Source of the DNA: an uncultured Erysipelotrichia bacterium
GTDB lineage: Bacteria; Bacillota_I; Bacilli_A; JBKEDG01
Direction: 5' to 3'
DNA length: 64,000 bases
NCBI GenBank assembly: GCA_964593055.1
Contig: CAZQIG010000006.1
Coordinates: forward strand, 28,668-92,667
A program made the position numbers and the translations under genes. Of the stretch, positions 38,907 through 48,640 are shown piece by piece (positions within the stretch are counted from its first letter, which is position 1; each line of letters starts with the position of its first letter). The notes under the pieces were generated by a model that was given only the letters and a program-made list of their open reading frames with translations, was not told the origin of the DNA and did no database searches.

Positions 38907-39785
38907 ATGAATTATAGAGCCAAAGATAAAAATAATATCTTCATCGAATTTAAACATATGCTAGATTATGAATTATCTGAAGATATTATTAAAGCAAGAA
39001 TTTTTCATAGCAATTTAGGTAATCAAAAATCAACAATCGATGCTAAGTTAAGAAAATATCAATTGATTGATAAATTAAATAGACGACAAGCTGTTAATAA
39101 TCGAAGTGCTTATGTCTTTGATGTAATGTTACCGAGAAACTATTTGATAAATAAAAACATTGGTAAGTTAAAAAACTATATTACTGAACTTGTAAATGAT
39201 TTTAAAAATGATCATAACTTAAAATACTACGCTTACTTTATTAAAATAGGTAAAGCACGAATTTTAAGAATTGTTATTTTAAATAGAATAATCGATTTTT
39301 CTACTTTAAAGTTTTATGAAAAAGATGGAAAATTAATCTATGATAAACAGATTGTCTATATTAGTAATAAAATAAGGATTCCACATTTTGCAACTAGAAC
39401 AAAGGGTTCAAAAGAAATTTTTCAAGCAACAATTGAAGAATATAAACTATTACTCATTCGCATATTAACGATAAAAGTCATTCAAGTAAATGACTCTATC
39501 AAAAAGGTGAGCTACAAAACATGCATAAGAACGCATGAAGGATACACGCATCTACTAATGACACATACTTACTATAATCACCTCAAAAAACGGAAAATTA
39601 AGGCTATAAATACATATATAGGCGTCATAAACGAGTATTTAATATTCAATCAAAATAATTCAAAAGCAATCATTTCTAAAGCTAGAGACAAAATCAAGTT
39701 TTACAAAAGTTTCAAGGTGAAAGACTTGCTACCTTTAGAACAAGAAATAATCAACGAAATTAGCTTAATAAAGGGAAAAATATAA
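38907..39785 (+). CDS. Second copy of the 292-aa initiator-like protein; the C-terminal third has diverged
   Basis: It matches 9999..10877 through about residue 195 (DFIKK versus DSIKK) and diverges after that. Confidence 0.3.
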   Translation: MNYRAKDKNNIFIEFKHMLDYELSEDIIKARIFHSNLGNQKSTIDAKLRKYQLIDKLNRRQAVNNRSAYVFDVMLPRNYLINKNIGKLKNYITELVNDFKNDHNLKYYAYFIKIGKARILRIVILNRIIDFSTLKFYEKDGKLIYDKQIVYISNKIRIPHFATRTKGSKEIFQATIEEYKLLLIRILTIKVIQVNDSIKKVSYKTCIRTHEGYTHLLMTHTYYNHLKKRKIKAINTYIGVINEYLIFNQNNSKAIISKARDKIKFYKSFKVKDLLPLEQEIINEISLIKGKI

Positions 39786-39911
39786 AATTTTCAAAAAAAA
39801 CTTATATATGCAAAGAAATTTGCGTATTTATAAGATTAGTAGGAGCACATTTATGTGTGACAACCTTGTCATCCCAAAGTATTATATACAATTAAGTATA
39901 TAAGAAAGTAG

Positions 39912-40421
39912 GTGAAAGAAATGAAAAAAAGTCTTAATTTATTAAAAGATTCTGAATTGAGTAAATTAAAACTTAAAAATAGAAAAGTTACGGTAGCTAA
40001 GAAGTATTTTAATAGGAAAAAAGTTTTAAGTTTAGTTTCTCCTAGTGAATATTTAAAAGAAAATGGCTTTGAAGAGCTTGAAAAGTATGAAATTGATAAA
40101 TTTTACAGATTTCTAAGTTATTTAGAAGTAAGTTATGAAAAAAAGTTGTCAAGTAAGTTGATAGATAAAGATATTCTTGACTTTTACATTGATTATAACG
40201 GAATTCCAATTAGAAACGGATTTAATCAAAAACAGCTTGATGAAATAGAAAAAGCGTATGAAAAAAGAGGTGTTCAATGTAAAAAAAATTACACATGCGA
40301 GGACTTATGGATTGAAATTTGTGTGAGAGAGAATAATCGTAATTTAGGTACAAAAAAGCTTTACATCAAAGTGTGGGAACATATCAATATGTCCTATTAC
40401 TATTATCTAATCCAATTATAG
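39912..40421 (+). CDS. Hypothetical protein, paralogue of 10978..11499
   Basis: Shared blocks YRFLSYLEV and LWIEICVRENN...LYIKVWEHIN. Confidence 0.4.
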   Translation: MKEMKKSLNLLKDSELSKLKLKNRKVTVAKKYFNRKKVLSLVSPSEYLKENGFEELEKYEIDKFYRFLSYLEVSYEKKLSSKLIDKDILDFYIDYNGIPIRNGFNQKQLDEIEKAYEKRGVQCKKNYTCEDLWIEICVRENNRNLGTKKLYIKVWEHINMSYYYYLIQL

Positions 40422-40449
40422 AATCTAAAAATTGAAAGGGGATTTTAAA

Positions 40450-40593
40450 ATGAGAATGAGAAGAAATTTACAAAGAAAGAGTAGGAAAGATAGATTGGCT
40501 GAAAGGAGTTGTAACATTGAGTATGTTATGAAGCGGATTTCAGAAAAAAAAGTTAATAATACAACAACGATTGATGATCTCATTATTTTATAA
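40450..40593 (+). pseudogene. Truncated 47-codon relic of the 157-aa gene at 11496..11969
   Basis: MRMRRNLQRKSRKDRLAERSCNIEYVMKRISEKKV aligns with the N-terminus of the 157-aa protein and then stops. No parAB follow. Confidence 0.35.
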
Positions 40594-41165
40594 ATCTATC
40601 ACAAAGCATACATACAAAAAGCGTCCTTTGAATGGAATATATGCCAAATCACTTGTAACAACTTTTTTAAGCTTATTTTGTGTTAACTATAGTATCAACT
40701 CTTTGTTTAAAATCATATCTAATTTGTTGGTATGGTTTGTACTTTTTTGTTATACAATGAACTTATGCCATTTACCTTTTGCCTCCATAGATTTAAGTAC
40801 CTTATATGCTAATCAATATATCACTTTTTTATTAAACATGAACTGATTTTTTACTCTCATATATCAATCTTGAGGAGTTATATATCGCTTTTATTCGTTC
40901 ATTAATTCTCAGCTCTTCTTCAACGATTTTAACATCTACTACATTTTGTTTTAGCTTCAATAACTTGTAATAACATATTCTTGATATTTTCAGTAATTTG
41001 CACATTATTTTAATTTGATGCTTGTGTTTATTTGCGCTAATAACTATTTTTTATCCCATTTTCAGTCCATCTTATTTTTATAAATTAACAATATTTATTG
41101 ACTATTCTAAAAATTAATTATAAACTTATGATGTAAAAGATAAGTTGCTTGTAATCTTTTGCTAA

Positions 41166-41675
41166 CGGTAATGTTCAAAATTAACTTATTAGGAGGGAAT
41201 TTTATGAAAAAGAGATTTTTTGCTACAATTTTCATGGTATTTGTATTATTATTAACTACTTCTAGTGGAGAAAATGTTCATGCATATAGAGCATCAAAAA
41301 CTGTATCTTCAGTTACTTCAAAAGCTGATTTACCTTATTTTTCGGATTTTAGTGGTTGTGGTAAATACAAGGCTTATAGTTCTACATCAAGAAGTGGATT
41401 TAAAAATTTAGAACATCATGTTAGTTTTTATACAGTAGGTGGAAGTGTTTCATTTAAAGGGGCAGGCTTAAGTGGATCGTCAAGTAGTCCAGGTTATAGT
41501 AAATCTACTAGTAGTAAGTCATACTATTCATCAGGAAATGTTTGCGGTAGCTTTCTATCAGTATATCTTGGAATGTACACAACAACACATGTAAATTATT
41601 CTAGTAGAACATACACTGCAACCGCAAAAATTTAATTATTTAAAGTATTATAGTTATTAATTTTGAACATTACCG
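41166..41675. repeat. Perfect 19-bp inverted repeat bracketing the small secreted-protein gene
   Basis: CGGTAATGTTCAAAATTAA at 41166..41184 pairs with TTAATTTTGAACATTACCG at 41657..41675. Confidence 0.5.
41204..41635 (+). CDS. Small secreted Ser/Gly/Tyr-rich protein (bacteriocin-like candidate)
   Basis: The start was moved to MKKRFF, which has a GGAGGG RBS. A Sec signal ends at ...VHA. The mature part is about 118 aa with two Cys. Confidence 0.45.
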   Translation: MKKRFFATIFMVFVLLLTTSSGENVHAYRASKTVSSVTSKADLPYFSDFSGCGKYKAYSSTSRSGFKNLEHHVSFYTVGGSVSFKGAGLSGSSSSPGYSKSTSSKSYYSSGNVCGSFLSVYLGMYTTTHVNYSSRTYTATAKI

Positions 41676-41687
41676 AATAATCTTTAT

Positions 41688-43181
41688 GTGAGGAGAATTA
41701 GAATGGAATTCAAAAAAACATGCATAATAATTTGCTGTTTCATATCCCTCGTTGGTTGTAGTCACAAGAAGCAATATGGTGATATTTATAATGAGAATTT
41801 TAAGAACGCGCTTTCTTCAGGTGTGATTGAAATTGAAGGTGGAAGTTTTTTTGAAATTAAGGGGCAGTTTGAAACAACATCAGAATTAGCATCAATAATG
41901 GCTTATTATTATAGAACTGAAGTTGCAGAAGGAAAAGATTTAGGTGATTATAATTACAATTGCGAAGAGACTGTGAATAATTTTTATTGTGATATTGCTA
42001 TGACTTATTTAGAAAATGACTTTAAAATCGAAGTTTCTGAAATTGATAACATCAATTCTTTTTTAGATTTATATTTTGTTTATGAATTGTCTTTGAAAAT
42101 TAATGATTTAGAAGTATTATCTCTTTTGGAAGAGCAGTTTAGCAATATCAATATAAAATCTGATACAAATATTTTAGAAACAAGGTATTATGATATTTTA
42201 AACTATTATTTAAATAATGTGAAATTGAATTACACAATTTCAGATTTAAATGAAGAAATGAGCTTAGTAACACAGATTGATTTAATTGATTATGATCAAC
42301 CTTTTTACATATATTCCAATCTTGTAATAGGAAATATTTTGGAAGGGGATATAAACACTCGTAATTTAGAGAACTTATACGAATCAACGTCAGTTATTAA
42401 CTCATTAATATTGAATGAAGAATTAGTTTTTTTTATCAATATCAAGATATTAGAGAAACTGCACCAAAAAGAATCATATGTTAGTCAAAAGCTTATTGAT
42501 AAACTCCAAGAAGAGCCCGAAATATTTGAAGTATATTCATATAATTTAGAAGGGTTGCGTAATTTATACATGCTTGCAAATATTTTAAGCAAAAAAAACT
42601 ATGAGTATCACGAACTCGCACATGATACGTTGTTGAGATACTATTCTTCTTTAAATATAACAGATAAGGATATTTCTTGGCAAAATCAATATTATATAAG
42701 TATATTGAATTATTTTTTTGAAACAGAGTACTATATTATAGAACATAGTGAAACTAATTGTGAAAAGGAAGTACAACTTATTGAAAAGTATTACTGTGCA
42801 TTAATTAATGAGCAGGAAATTAGTTTTGAGAAAGAAAGTTTTGAAAATAATGATTTATATCTTAAAATTTTAGAATTAAGCACAAAAAAATCTCTTTCAG
42901 CGGATGATAAAAAAGAATTAGAAAATTTGTTCGAAGAAGTTTTAATGTATGATTCAAGTTTAGACTACATTACACAAAACATCTATATTCAGATGTTAAT
43001 TAATCATAATATTACATTTGATGGAAATAAAGTAGAAAAATTGATTGGAAGTTTTGAGTGTTCATTTGGCTATTGTGGTAAGGAAGGGAACTACGATGTA
43101 GAAAGAGGTATTTATTATAACAATATTTTAATATTATTGGATTATGAAGAGGGTGTTGAATATGCACAAAAGTTTAAATAA
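41688..43181 (+). CDS. Large lipoprotein
   Basis: Lipobox LVGC at the N-terminus. 497 aa. Confidence 0.45.
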   Translation: MRRIRMEFKKTCIIICCFISLVGCSHKKQYGDIYNENFKNALSSGVIEIEGGSFFEIKGQFETTSELASIMAYYYRTEVAEGKDLGDYNYNCEETVNNFYCDIAMTYLENDFKIEVSEIDNINSFLDLYFVYELSLKINDLEVLSLLEEQFSNINIKSDTNILETRYYDILNYYLNNVKLNYTISDLNEEMSLVTQIDLIDYDQPFYIYSNLVIGNILEGDINTRNLENLYESTSVINSLILNEELVFFINIKILEKLHQKESYVSQKLIDKLQEEPEIFEVYSYNLEGLRNLYMLANILSKKNYEYHELAHDTLLRYYSSLNITDKDISWQNQYYISILNYFFETEYYIIEHSETNCEKEVQLIEKYYCALINEQEISFEKESFENNDLYLKILELSTKKSLSADDKKELENLFEEVLMYDSSLDYITQNIYIQMLINHNITFDGNKVEKLIGSFECSFGYCGKEGNYDVERGIYYNNILILLDYEEGVEYAQKFK

Positions 43182-43824
43182 GATTGAAGCAAACAAATTA
43201 AATTTCAAATACGCTTCTAATCATGTTATTAAAAATTTGTCCATAAATATAGAGGGGAATGGAGTATTTGTTATTTACGGCGAGAGTGGATGCGGTAAGA
43301 CAACACTTTTGAATATACTTTCATTAATCAATAAATCTCAAGGAGAACTTTTTATTAACAATACATTGATTAATCACAATGATAGTATACAAATTGAGGA
43401 ATTGAGAAAAAATAAAATTGCATATTTTTTTCAAGATTTAAATCTAATTTCTTCATTAAGTGTTGTAGAAAATTTAGAAATAATCTCTTTAATTAAAGGA
43501 GAATTACTTGATTATAGTAAATTAGAATACTATTATAAATTACTTGATATTGAAAACTTAATAACAGTAGCAGTTGAGAACTTGTCTGGTGGTGAAAGGC
43601 AAAGGATTGCCTTACTTAAAACACTTGTATTTGATTATGAAATAATTTTGATAGATGAACCTACTAATAATCTTGATGATAAAAATATTGAAACTGTTTT
43701 AACGGTCTTGGAACATTTAGGTAATAAAGCAATAGTTATTGTTGTTTCTCATTCTAAGAAATTATATTCTATTGCTACTAAGTTAATTGATTTTAATGAA
43801 ATAAATGGTGATCAGAGTGAATAA
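43144..43824 (+). CDS. ABC transporter ATP-binding protein (MacB/FtsE-like)
   Basis: GESGCGKTT, LSGGERQRIAL and ILIDEPTNNLD. Confidence 0.8.
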   Translation: MKRVLNMHKSLNKIEANKLNFKYASNHVIKNLSINIEGNGVFVIYGESGCGKTTLLNILSLINKSQGELFINNTLINHNDSIQIEELRKNKIAYFFQDLNLISSLSVVENLEIISLIKGELLDYSKLEYYYKLLDIENLITVAVENLSGGERQRIALLKTLVFDYEIILIDEPTNNLDDKNIETVLTVLEHLGNKAIVIVVSHSKKLYSIATKLIDFNEINGDQSE

Positions 43825-44920
43825 GAGCATTTTTGAGTATATTATTACTAAGCATAGAAAACAAATTTTTAAATTAAAGATTTTAAATTATCTGATGTTA
43901 ATAGTTTTATTTTTCTCATTTTTAACAGTTCTTTTTTCTTTTTACAACATAAATGATAATCTTCTAAACAATTCGCAGTTAAAAATTATTTCGATAGATG
44001 GATATAACGATTTAGGTGAAGGGTATGAATATGATATAAATGAAATTAAAAAAATGGAAAATGTAGCAAGTGTATTTTATGATTATCCTTATGTTATATC
44101 CTTTGCTATCGATCAAGATATTGAAATGCTTACATGTTTACCCCTAAATGAAGTAACTGAGAGTACAATAAATTATTCTGGTGAATATGATGTGTTATTA
44201 CCAGAAAGCTATAAAAATCATGTTGTTAATATCATAGAACTTGAGAATTATCAAGAATACACAGTTGGATTTTATGAGGGAGAAGGTCAAATGTTTTTAA
44301 GGGATTACTGTTATGTTTCAGAAGATATTTACGATTATATTAGTCAATTTTATGTTGTTGGCGATAATTACATTAGTAATAAAAATCTTTTGGTGCTTGT
44401 TGATGAAACAGAACATATTGGAGACTTTGTTAAAACTTTTAACTTAAAATATGATGAAGAAGATGTTTTTATTTATTATCAATCTGCAGGATTAGAAAAC
44501 TTATTTTCTTCTTCAAAGATTTCACAGTATTTGATTATTGCATTTGAAGCTATTTTAATATTAAGTATTAGTGTGATATATCATAATGCTATTTCATCAC
44601 TATTTTCCATTTTGAATAAAGATATTGTTTCTTTATACTTGAATGGACTTTCAAGAAGTAAAATTGTTAGTAATCTTTCGAAAACAATTATTGCAATTAA
44701 TACCAAAAGTTATATAGTTGTATTTGTATTTAATTTATTTTTGAATTTATCTTTATACTTAAGCCCTTATAGTTTGTTTTCAAAAAAAATATTTATAATA
44801 ACTAATATATTTGTGTTTATAATAATCACAATCAATACTTTTTTAATTAGAAAATCAATTAAACGCTTAATGAAGAAAAACATGTCAAATACTAATATTA
44901 CTTCATATATAAAAAATTAA
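43805..44920 (+). CDS. FtsX-like ABC permease
   Basis: An N-terminal TM helix, a large extracellular loop, then three C-terminal TM helices. It is coupled to the ATPase. Confidence 0.45.
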   Translation: MVIRVNKSIFEYIITKHRKQIFKLKILNYLMLIVLFFSFLTVLFSFYNINDNLLNNSQLKIISIDGYNDLGEGYEYDINEIKKMENVASVFYDYPYVISFAIDQDIEMLTCLPLNEVTESTINYSGEYDVLLPESYKNHVVNIIELENYQEYTVGFYEGEGQMFLRDYCYVSEDIYDYISQFYVVGDNYISNKNLLVLVDETEHIGDFVKTFNLKYDEEDVFIYYQSAGLENLFSSSKISQYLIIAFEAILILSISVIYHNAISSLFSILNKDIVSLYLNGLSRSKIVSNLSKTIIAINTKSYIVVFVFNLFLNLSLYLSPYSLFSKKIFIITNIFVFIIITINTFLIRKSIKRLMKKNMSNTNITSYIKN

Positions 44921-45048
44921 TATGGATAAATTAAGTTAGTGTAACTCAGTCAAATATATTTTAAATAGTTATTTGTTAATCTAGAACAGTAGTGTGTAAA
45001 AAAATTACATTACATATAGACAGTGTAAAATTTAAAACAATCGCAAAA

Positions 45049-45076
45049 AATAGTCGAACTTTTTAGTTCGACTATT
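45049..45076. terminator. Palindromic hairpin ATAGTCGAAC-ttttt-GTTCGACTAT
   Basis: A perfect 10-bp stem. The same GTCGAAC word recurs upstream of every small-RNA copy. Confidence 0.4.
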
Positions 45077-45150
45077 TTACTATAAGGGTTAATCGATAAG
45101 CGTGAATTGTTAAAGAAAAGTTGAAAAATATCACAATTTTGAAATAAACC

Positions 45151-45343
45151 TTGCGAAATGATTGAAAGTATGTTAGTATGTGATTAATGAATAACACGCT
45201 TAGCGTGTCTATTTATTAAAAAATCCACAATCTGCCAGTTTGCCTATCTATAGTTCGTAGTTAGTCAACGTGACTGGTACCATAATTGAATGAAATGGCC
45301 CCAAAAGTTGGAAATAATATTCTAGCTTTTGGGGATTTTTATT
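45151..45343 (+). ncRNA. Copy B of the conserved promoter plus structured small RNA, with its own intrinsic terminator
   Basis: TTGCGA, then 17 nt, then TAGTAT, then ATG 8 nt downstream (MNNTLSVSIY, then stop). Hairpin ACACGC/GCGTGT follows. CCAGT...ACTGG encloses TTGCCTA...TAGTCAA, ending ...GGTACCA at 45282. The terminator GGCCCCAAAAG...CTTTTGGGGATTTTTATT is at 45297..45343. Confidence 0.5.
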
Positions 45344-45792
45344 ATGCACATATACAGTGGAAGGAGAGAAAAATTAAAAATGATATTCTGACTTTTTTTA
45401 GTGATTAAAAAGCATAGATTGATTTAAAAAATTAATCTTATTAAATAATTACTATTTTTTATAGAAATGTCAATAATGTTTATTTATTGAATTAAACCTT
45501 TACATTTAAAAAAAAAAATGTTAATCTGAAATGGACAGTATATAATTATACAAATATTATTTGAAAGAAATATCTTATTTAGAAGCTGTTGAGTTTTTCA
45601 TAGTTGTTACTGCTATTTATATTAGTTATAACTTATCTAAAAAGCAAGATTCAATTGTACTGTATTGAAAAAATGGTAATTATGTTGAAATATCATATTA
45701 TGCATATGATAAGAGAATATTGCTAAAAAAATTATTGTTAGATATATGAAATATAAACATGTTATTTACATAATTTTAGATTGGGGGAATCT

Positions 45793-46983
45793 ATGGAATC
45801 TTGCTTCATTTGTATTGGTGATCTCTCTGCTGGAGAGTATCAAATAATGTTCTCCTTTATTAAAAGTCTTGATTTAAAATCAATAAAAATCATAATTAAT
45901 GAAAATTATAAACATCTTGCATTTGATGTTAATATTAATTGTGAGTATGTTTCACCTAGAAATGATATTTTAGAAAATAAGAATATTATTTTTAGAAATG
46001 TGTCAGAAGCTGATAATGTTTTTTTATTTGACCCAAGTACTTTTAACTATTCTTCTAGCTGGAGCGGTGTTGCTTTTTTTGAACTTTTGAAAATGGGTAA
46101 AAAAATTATTGGATATGATGAGTTTGGTTACTCTTTATTCTCAAACACAAAGGATTACTATCCGAATGATATCATAACGCATCCACCATTTATAGCTTTT
46201 TGTGATTACGTTATTTTAAGCGCTTCTTATGCTAAAAAGAAAGAATATAAACAAATGTACGTTTATAACTCAAGCTTTTTATCAGGAGAAACATCATTTA
46301 TCAATAAAAGAAATACCGATACAAAAAAAATTTTGATTACCTTTTCTAAATGGGAAATTGAAGGTTCAAAAAATGAAGAATCTAAAATATTAGGTAAATT
46401 ATTATTACCGATGTTAATTTCACTTTTAGAGCTCGTTAACACAGATTTTGAGGTAATAATAGTAGGTGAGTGTGTTATCGATTTCTTGAAAGAAAAATCT
46501 AGATTGAAAATCATTCAATATGATCAATTGAAATCTGACGAATATACTCAATTACTAAGTAGCATTGATTTATATCTGACTTTTAATATTATGTCAGTGA
46601 CATTAAATAGGATGCTTGAACTTGGTATTCCTTCAATTGTTTTGAATAACTCAATGGATTTATTAATAGAAAATATTGATGAATTGTATAAAAAATATGT
46701 TGCTTTCAAAAAGGATTTGATTATAAAAAAGTTTTCAGCTAGTACATTTGGTTGGCACGATTTTATTATGAAACGTCAAGAAACAAAATATATGGAGTCA
46801 TTGTGTGTATTAGAATTTTTTGATAGTGATGAGATAGTTAAGACAGTTTTAAAAATTTTAAATTCGGAAAATACTTTTGATGATATACATCCAAAGTATT
46901 TAGAGTATGTTAGTTTTGTAGAAGGATTGGATGATGCACAAACAATTTATAATAATATTATAGAAAGGGGATATAAATGTTAA
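45793..46983 (+). CDS. Putative GT-B-fold glycosyltransferase-like protein
   Basis: The C-terminal half has a MurG/GT28-like pattern (KKILITFSKWE...EVIIVGE...LSSIDLYLTFNIMSVTLNRMLELGIPSIVL). The start was moved to the ATG at 45793, which has a GGGGGA RBS. Confidence 0.3.
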   Translation: MESCFICIGDLSAGEYQIMFSFIKSLDLKSIKIIINENYKHLAFDVNINCEYVSPRNDILENKNIIFRNVSEADNVFLFDPSTFNYSSSWSGVAFFELLKMGKKIIGYDEFGYSLFSNTKDYYPNDIITHPPFIAFCDYVILSASYAKKKEYKQMYVYNSSFLSGETSFINKRNTDTKKILITFSKWEIEGSKNEESKILGKLLLPMLISLLELVNTDFEVIIVGECVIDFLKEKSRLKIIQYDQLKSDEYTQLLSSIDLYLTFNIMSVTLNRMLELGIPSIVLNNSMDLLIENIDELYKKYVAFKKDLIIKKFSASTFGWHDFIMKRQETKYMESLCVLEFFDSDEIVKTVLKILNSENTFDDIHPKYLEYVSFVEGLDDAQTIYNNIIERGYKC

Positions 46984-47846
46984 TTGTAGAAAAATTATAC
47001 AAAAATTTTGGGACAGCAGAGGTTTTAAAAGACATTTCTCTTAATGTTGAGAAGAATAATATAGTTGCATTAATTGGTAAAAATGGTGCGGGTAAATCAA
47101 CTTTATTAGAAATTATTGAAGGATTAAGTGATTGTGATTCCGGTGATGTAAAAAGAAATTATAAAAGATTAGGAGCACAACTACAAAAAGGAGGATTACC
47201 TGCTGAATTTAGTGTTATGGAAGTTATTAAGCTTTTTTCGAATTTTAGAGATGAATATAGATACGATGAGGGTATTTTTGAGTTTTTTAAAATAAATGAG
47301 CTAAAAAATAAGAAAATAAAGTTTCTTTCAGTTGGAGAATACAGAAAAGTAATTTTAACACTTTGTTTTATAAACAAACCAGATTTTTTGATTCTAGATG
47401 AACCCACGGCAGGTTTAGATATTGAGACTAAAGTTGAATTATATGAAATAATACAGGAGTTAAAGAAAAATAATTATAGTATTTTATTTGCAACGCATGA
47501 TATGAATGAGGTTGTGAAACTTGCTGATTATGTTTATTTTATGGAAAATGGGGAAATTAAAAGAGGGTTATCAAAACATGAAGTGGAAGTAATCATTAAA
47601 AATAAGTTTGAAATTCATTTGTCAAATAATAGTGATAAATATGTTAAAAGAATTCAAGAGTACACTGATTCTTTTACAGTTTCAGATGAAAAAATAGTCG
47701 TAGAGAATATTGATTTGGAAACGAAAATTAAAATTTCAGAAGATTTTAAGGGAAAAATAATCAATGAAATAGAGTACAGTGTAGAAGAAATATTGCTTAA
47801 AGAGATTTTTGTAAATAAAAAGGGGGATAACAACTGTGAAAAGTAA
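46977..47846 (+). CDS. ABC transporter ATP-binding protein
   Basis: GKNGAGKST, LSVGEYRKVIL and LILDEPTAGLD. Confidence 0.75.
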   Translation: MLIVEKLYKNFGTAEVLKDISLNVEKNNIVALIGKNGAGKSTLLEIIEGLSDCDSGDVKRNYKRLGAQLQKGGLPAEFSVMEVIKLFSNFRDEYRYDEGIFEFFKINELKNKKIKFLSVGEYRKVILTLCFINKPDFLILDEPTAGLDIETKVELYEIIQELKKNNYSILFATHDMNEVVKLADYVYFMENGEIKRGLSKHEVEVIIKNKFEIHLSNNSDKYVKRIQEYTDSFTVSDEKIVVENIDLETKIKISEDFKGKIINEIEYSVEEILLKEIFVNKKGDNNCEK

Positions 47847-48639
47847 TTTGTTTTATTTGAAGTTTGAATTTTTATCGGTCATAAAGAAAGTTACGATGTT
47901 TTTCTTGATATATATATTTCCATTAATATTTGTATTAGTAGTTTCAGAAGTTTTAATTGTACAACACCCAGAAGCACAAAATTTTATTTTATACGGAATG
48001 ATGATATTTCCAGTTTTAGTTGTTGGTATGATTGTTCTCCCAGAGCATGTAGTTTTGTTGCGAAATACAGAGGTATATAAAAACTATAAACTATATGGTG
48101 CAAAAAAATATCAGATTATGTATACTCCTATTATAAGTTTATTAATACATCTTATTATTGTTGAGGTGATAATATTTATGTATTTTAAATTATTTAAAAC
48201 AGTTATTTTTCCAGAAAATATTGTTCTTTTTTGGGGATTGATAACATTTTGCATTCTATATTTTTTGGTATTAGGTGCATACATTGGGACTGTAATAAAA
48301 AATTCAAAACAAGCACTTATGATTGGATTGACTATTTTTGTTTTATCAATGTTAGTTGGAGGGATAACCGGTAATCTTTCTTCACTGGATGAAAATTTAT
48401 TGAAGTTTAGTCTAGCGATTCCGACATCACACTTTTCAAATATTTTCGGATATCTTTTTGAAAGCGAGAAAATTTTAAGTTTAACTGTTTCAGCTATTAT
48501 TTTAATGGCAACATTTATCACCACTTTATTCTGCTACAATTCTCTTTTTACATACGATGTAAGGAATGTAAAAAAAAGAGGTTTGTTGATATTGATAGTT
48601 ATCTTGGCTTCATTTATCTTAACTTTAGGAGGGAAATAA
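47836..48639 (+). CDS. ABC-2-type permease
   Basis: Six TM helices, coupled to the ATPase. Confidence 0.5.
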   Translation: MKSNLFYLKFEFLSVIKKVTMFFLIYIFPLIFVLVVSEVLIVQHPEAQNFILYGMMIFPVLVVGMIVLPEHVVLLRNTEVYKNYKLYGAKKYQIMYTPIISLLIHLIIVEVIIFMYFKLFKTVIFPENIVLFWGLITFCILYFLVLGAYIGTVIKNSKQALMIGLTIFVLSMLVGGITGNLSSLDENLLKFSLAIPTSHFSNIFGYLFESEKILSLTVSAIILMATFITTLFCYNSLFTYDVRNVKKRGLLILIVILASFILTLGGK

Positions 48640-48640
48640 A

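Noticed and set aside
40571-40846. 91-aa ORF downstream of the decayed module
   Set aside because: It has no RBS and lies in a region that otherwise looks like decaying non-coding DNA. Its composition is that of hydrophobic AT-rich translation noise.
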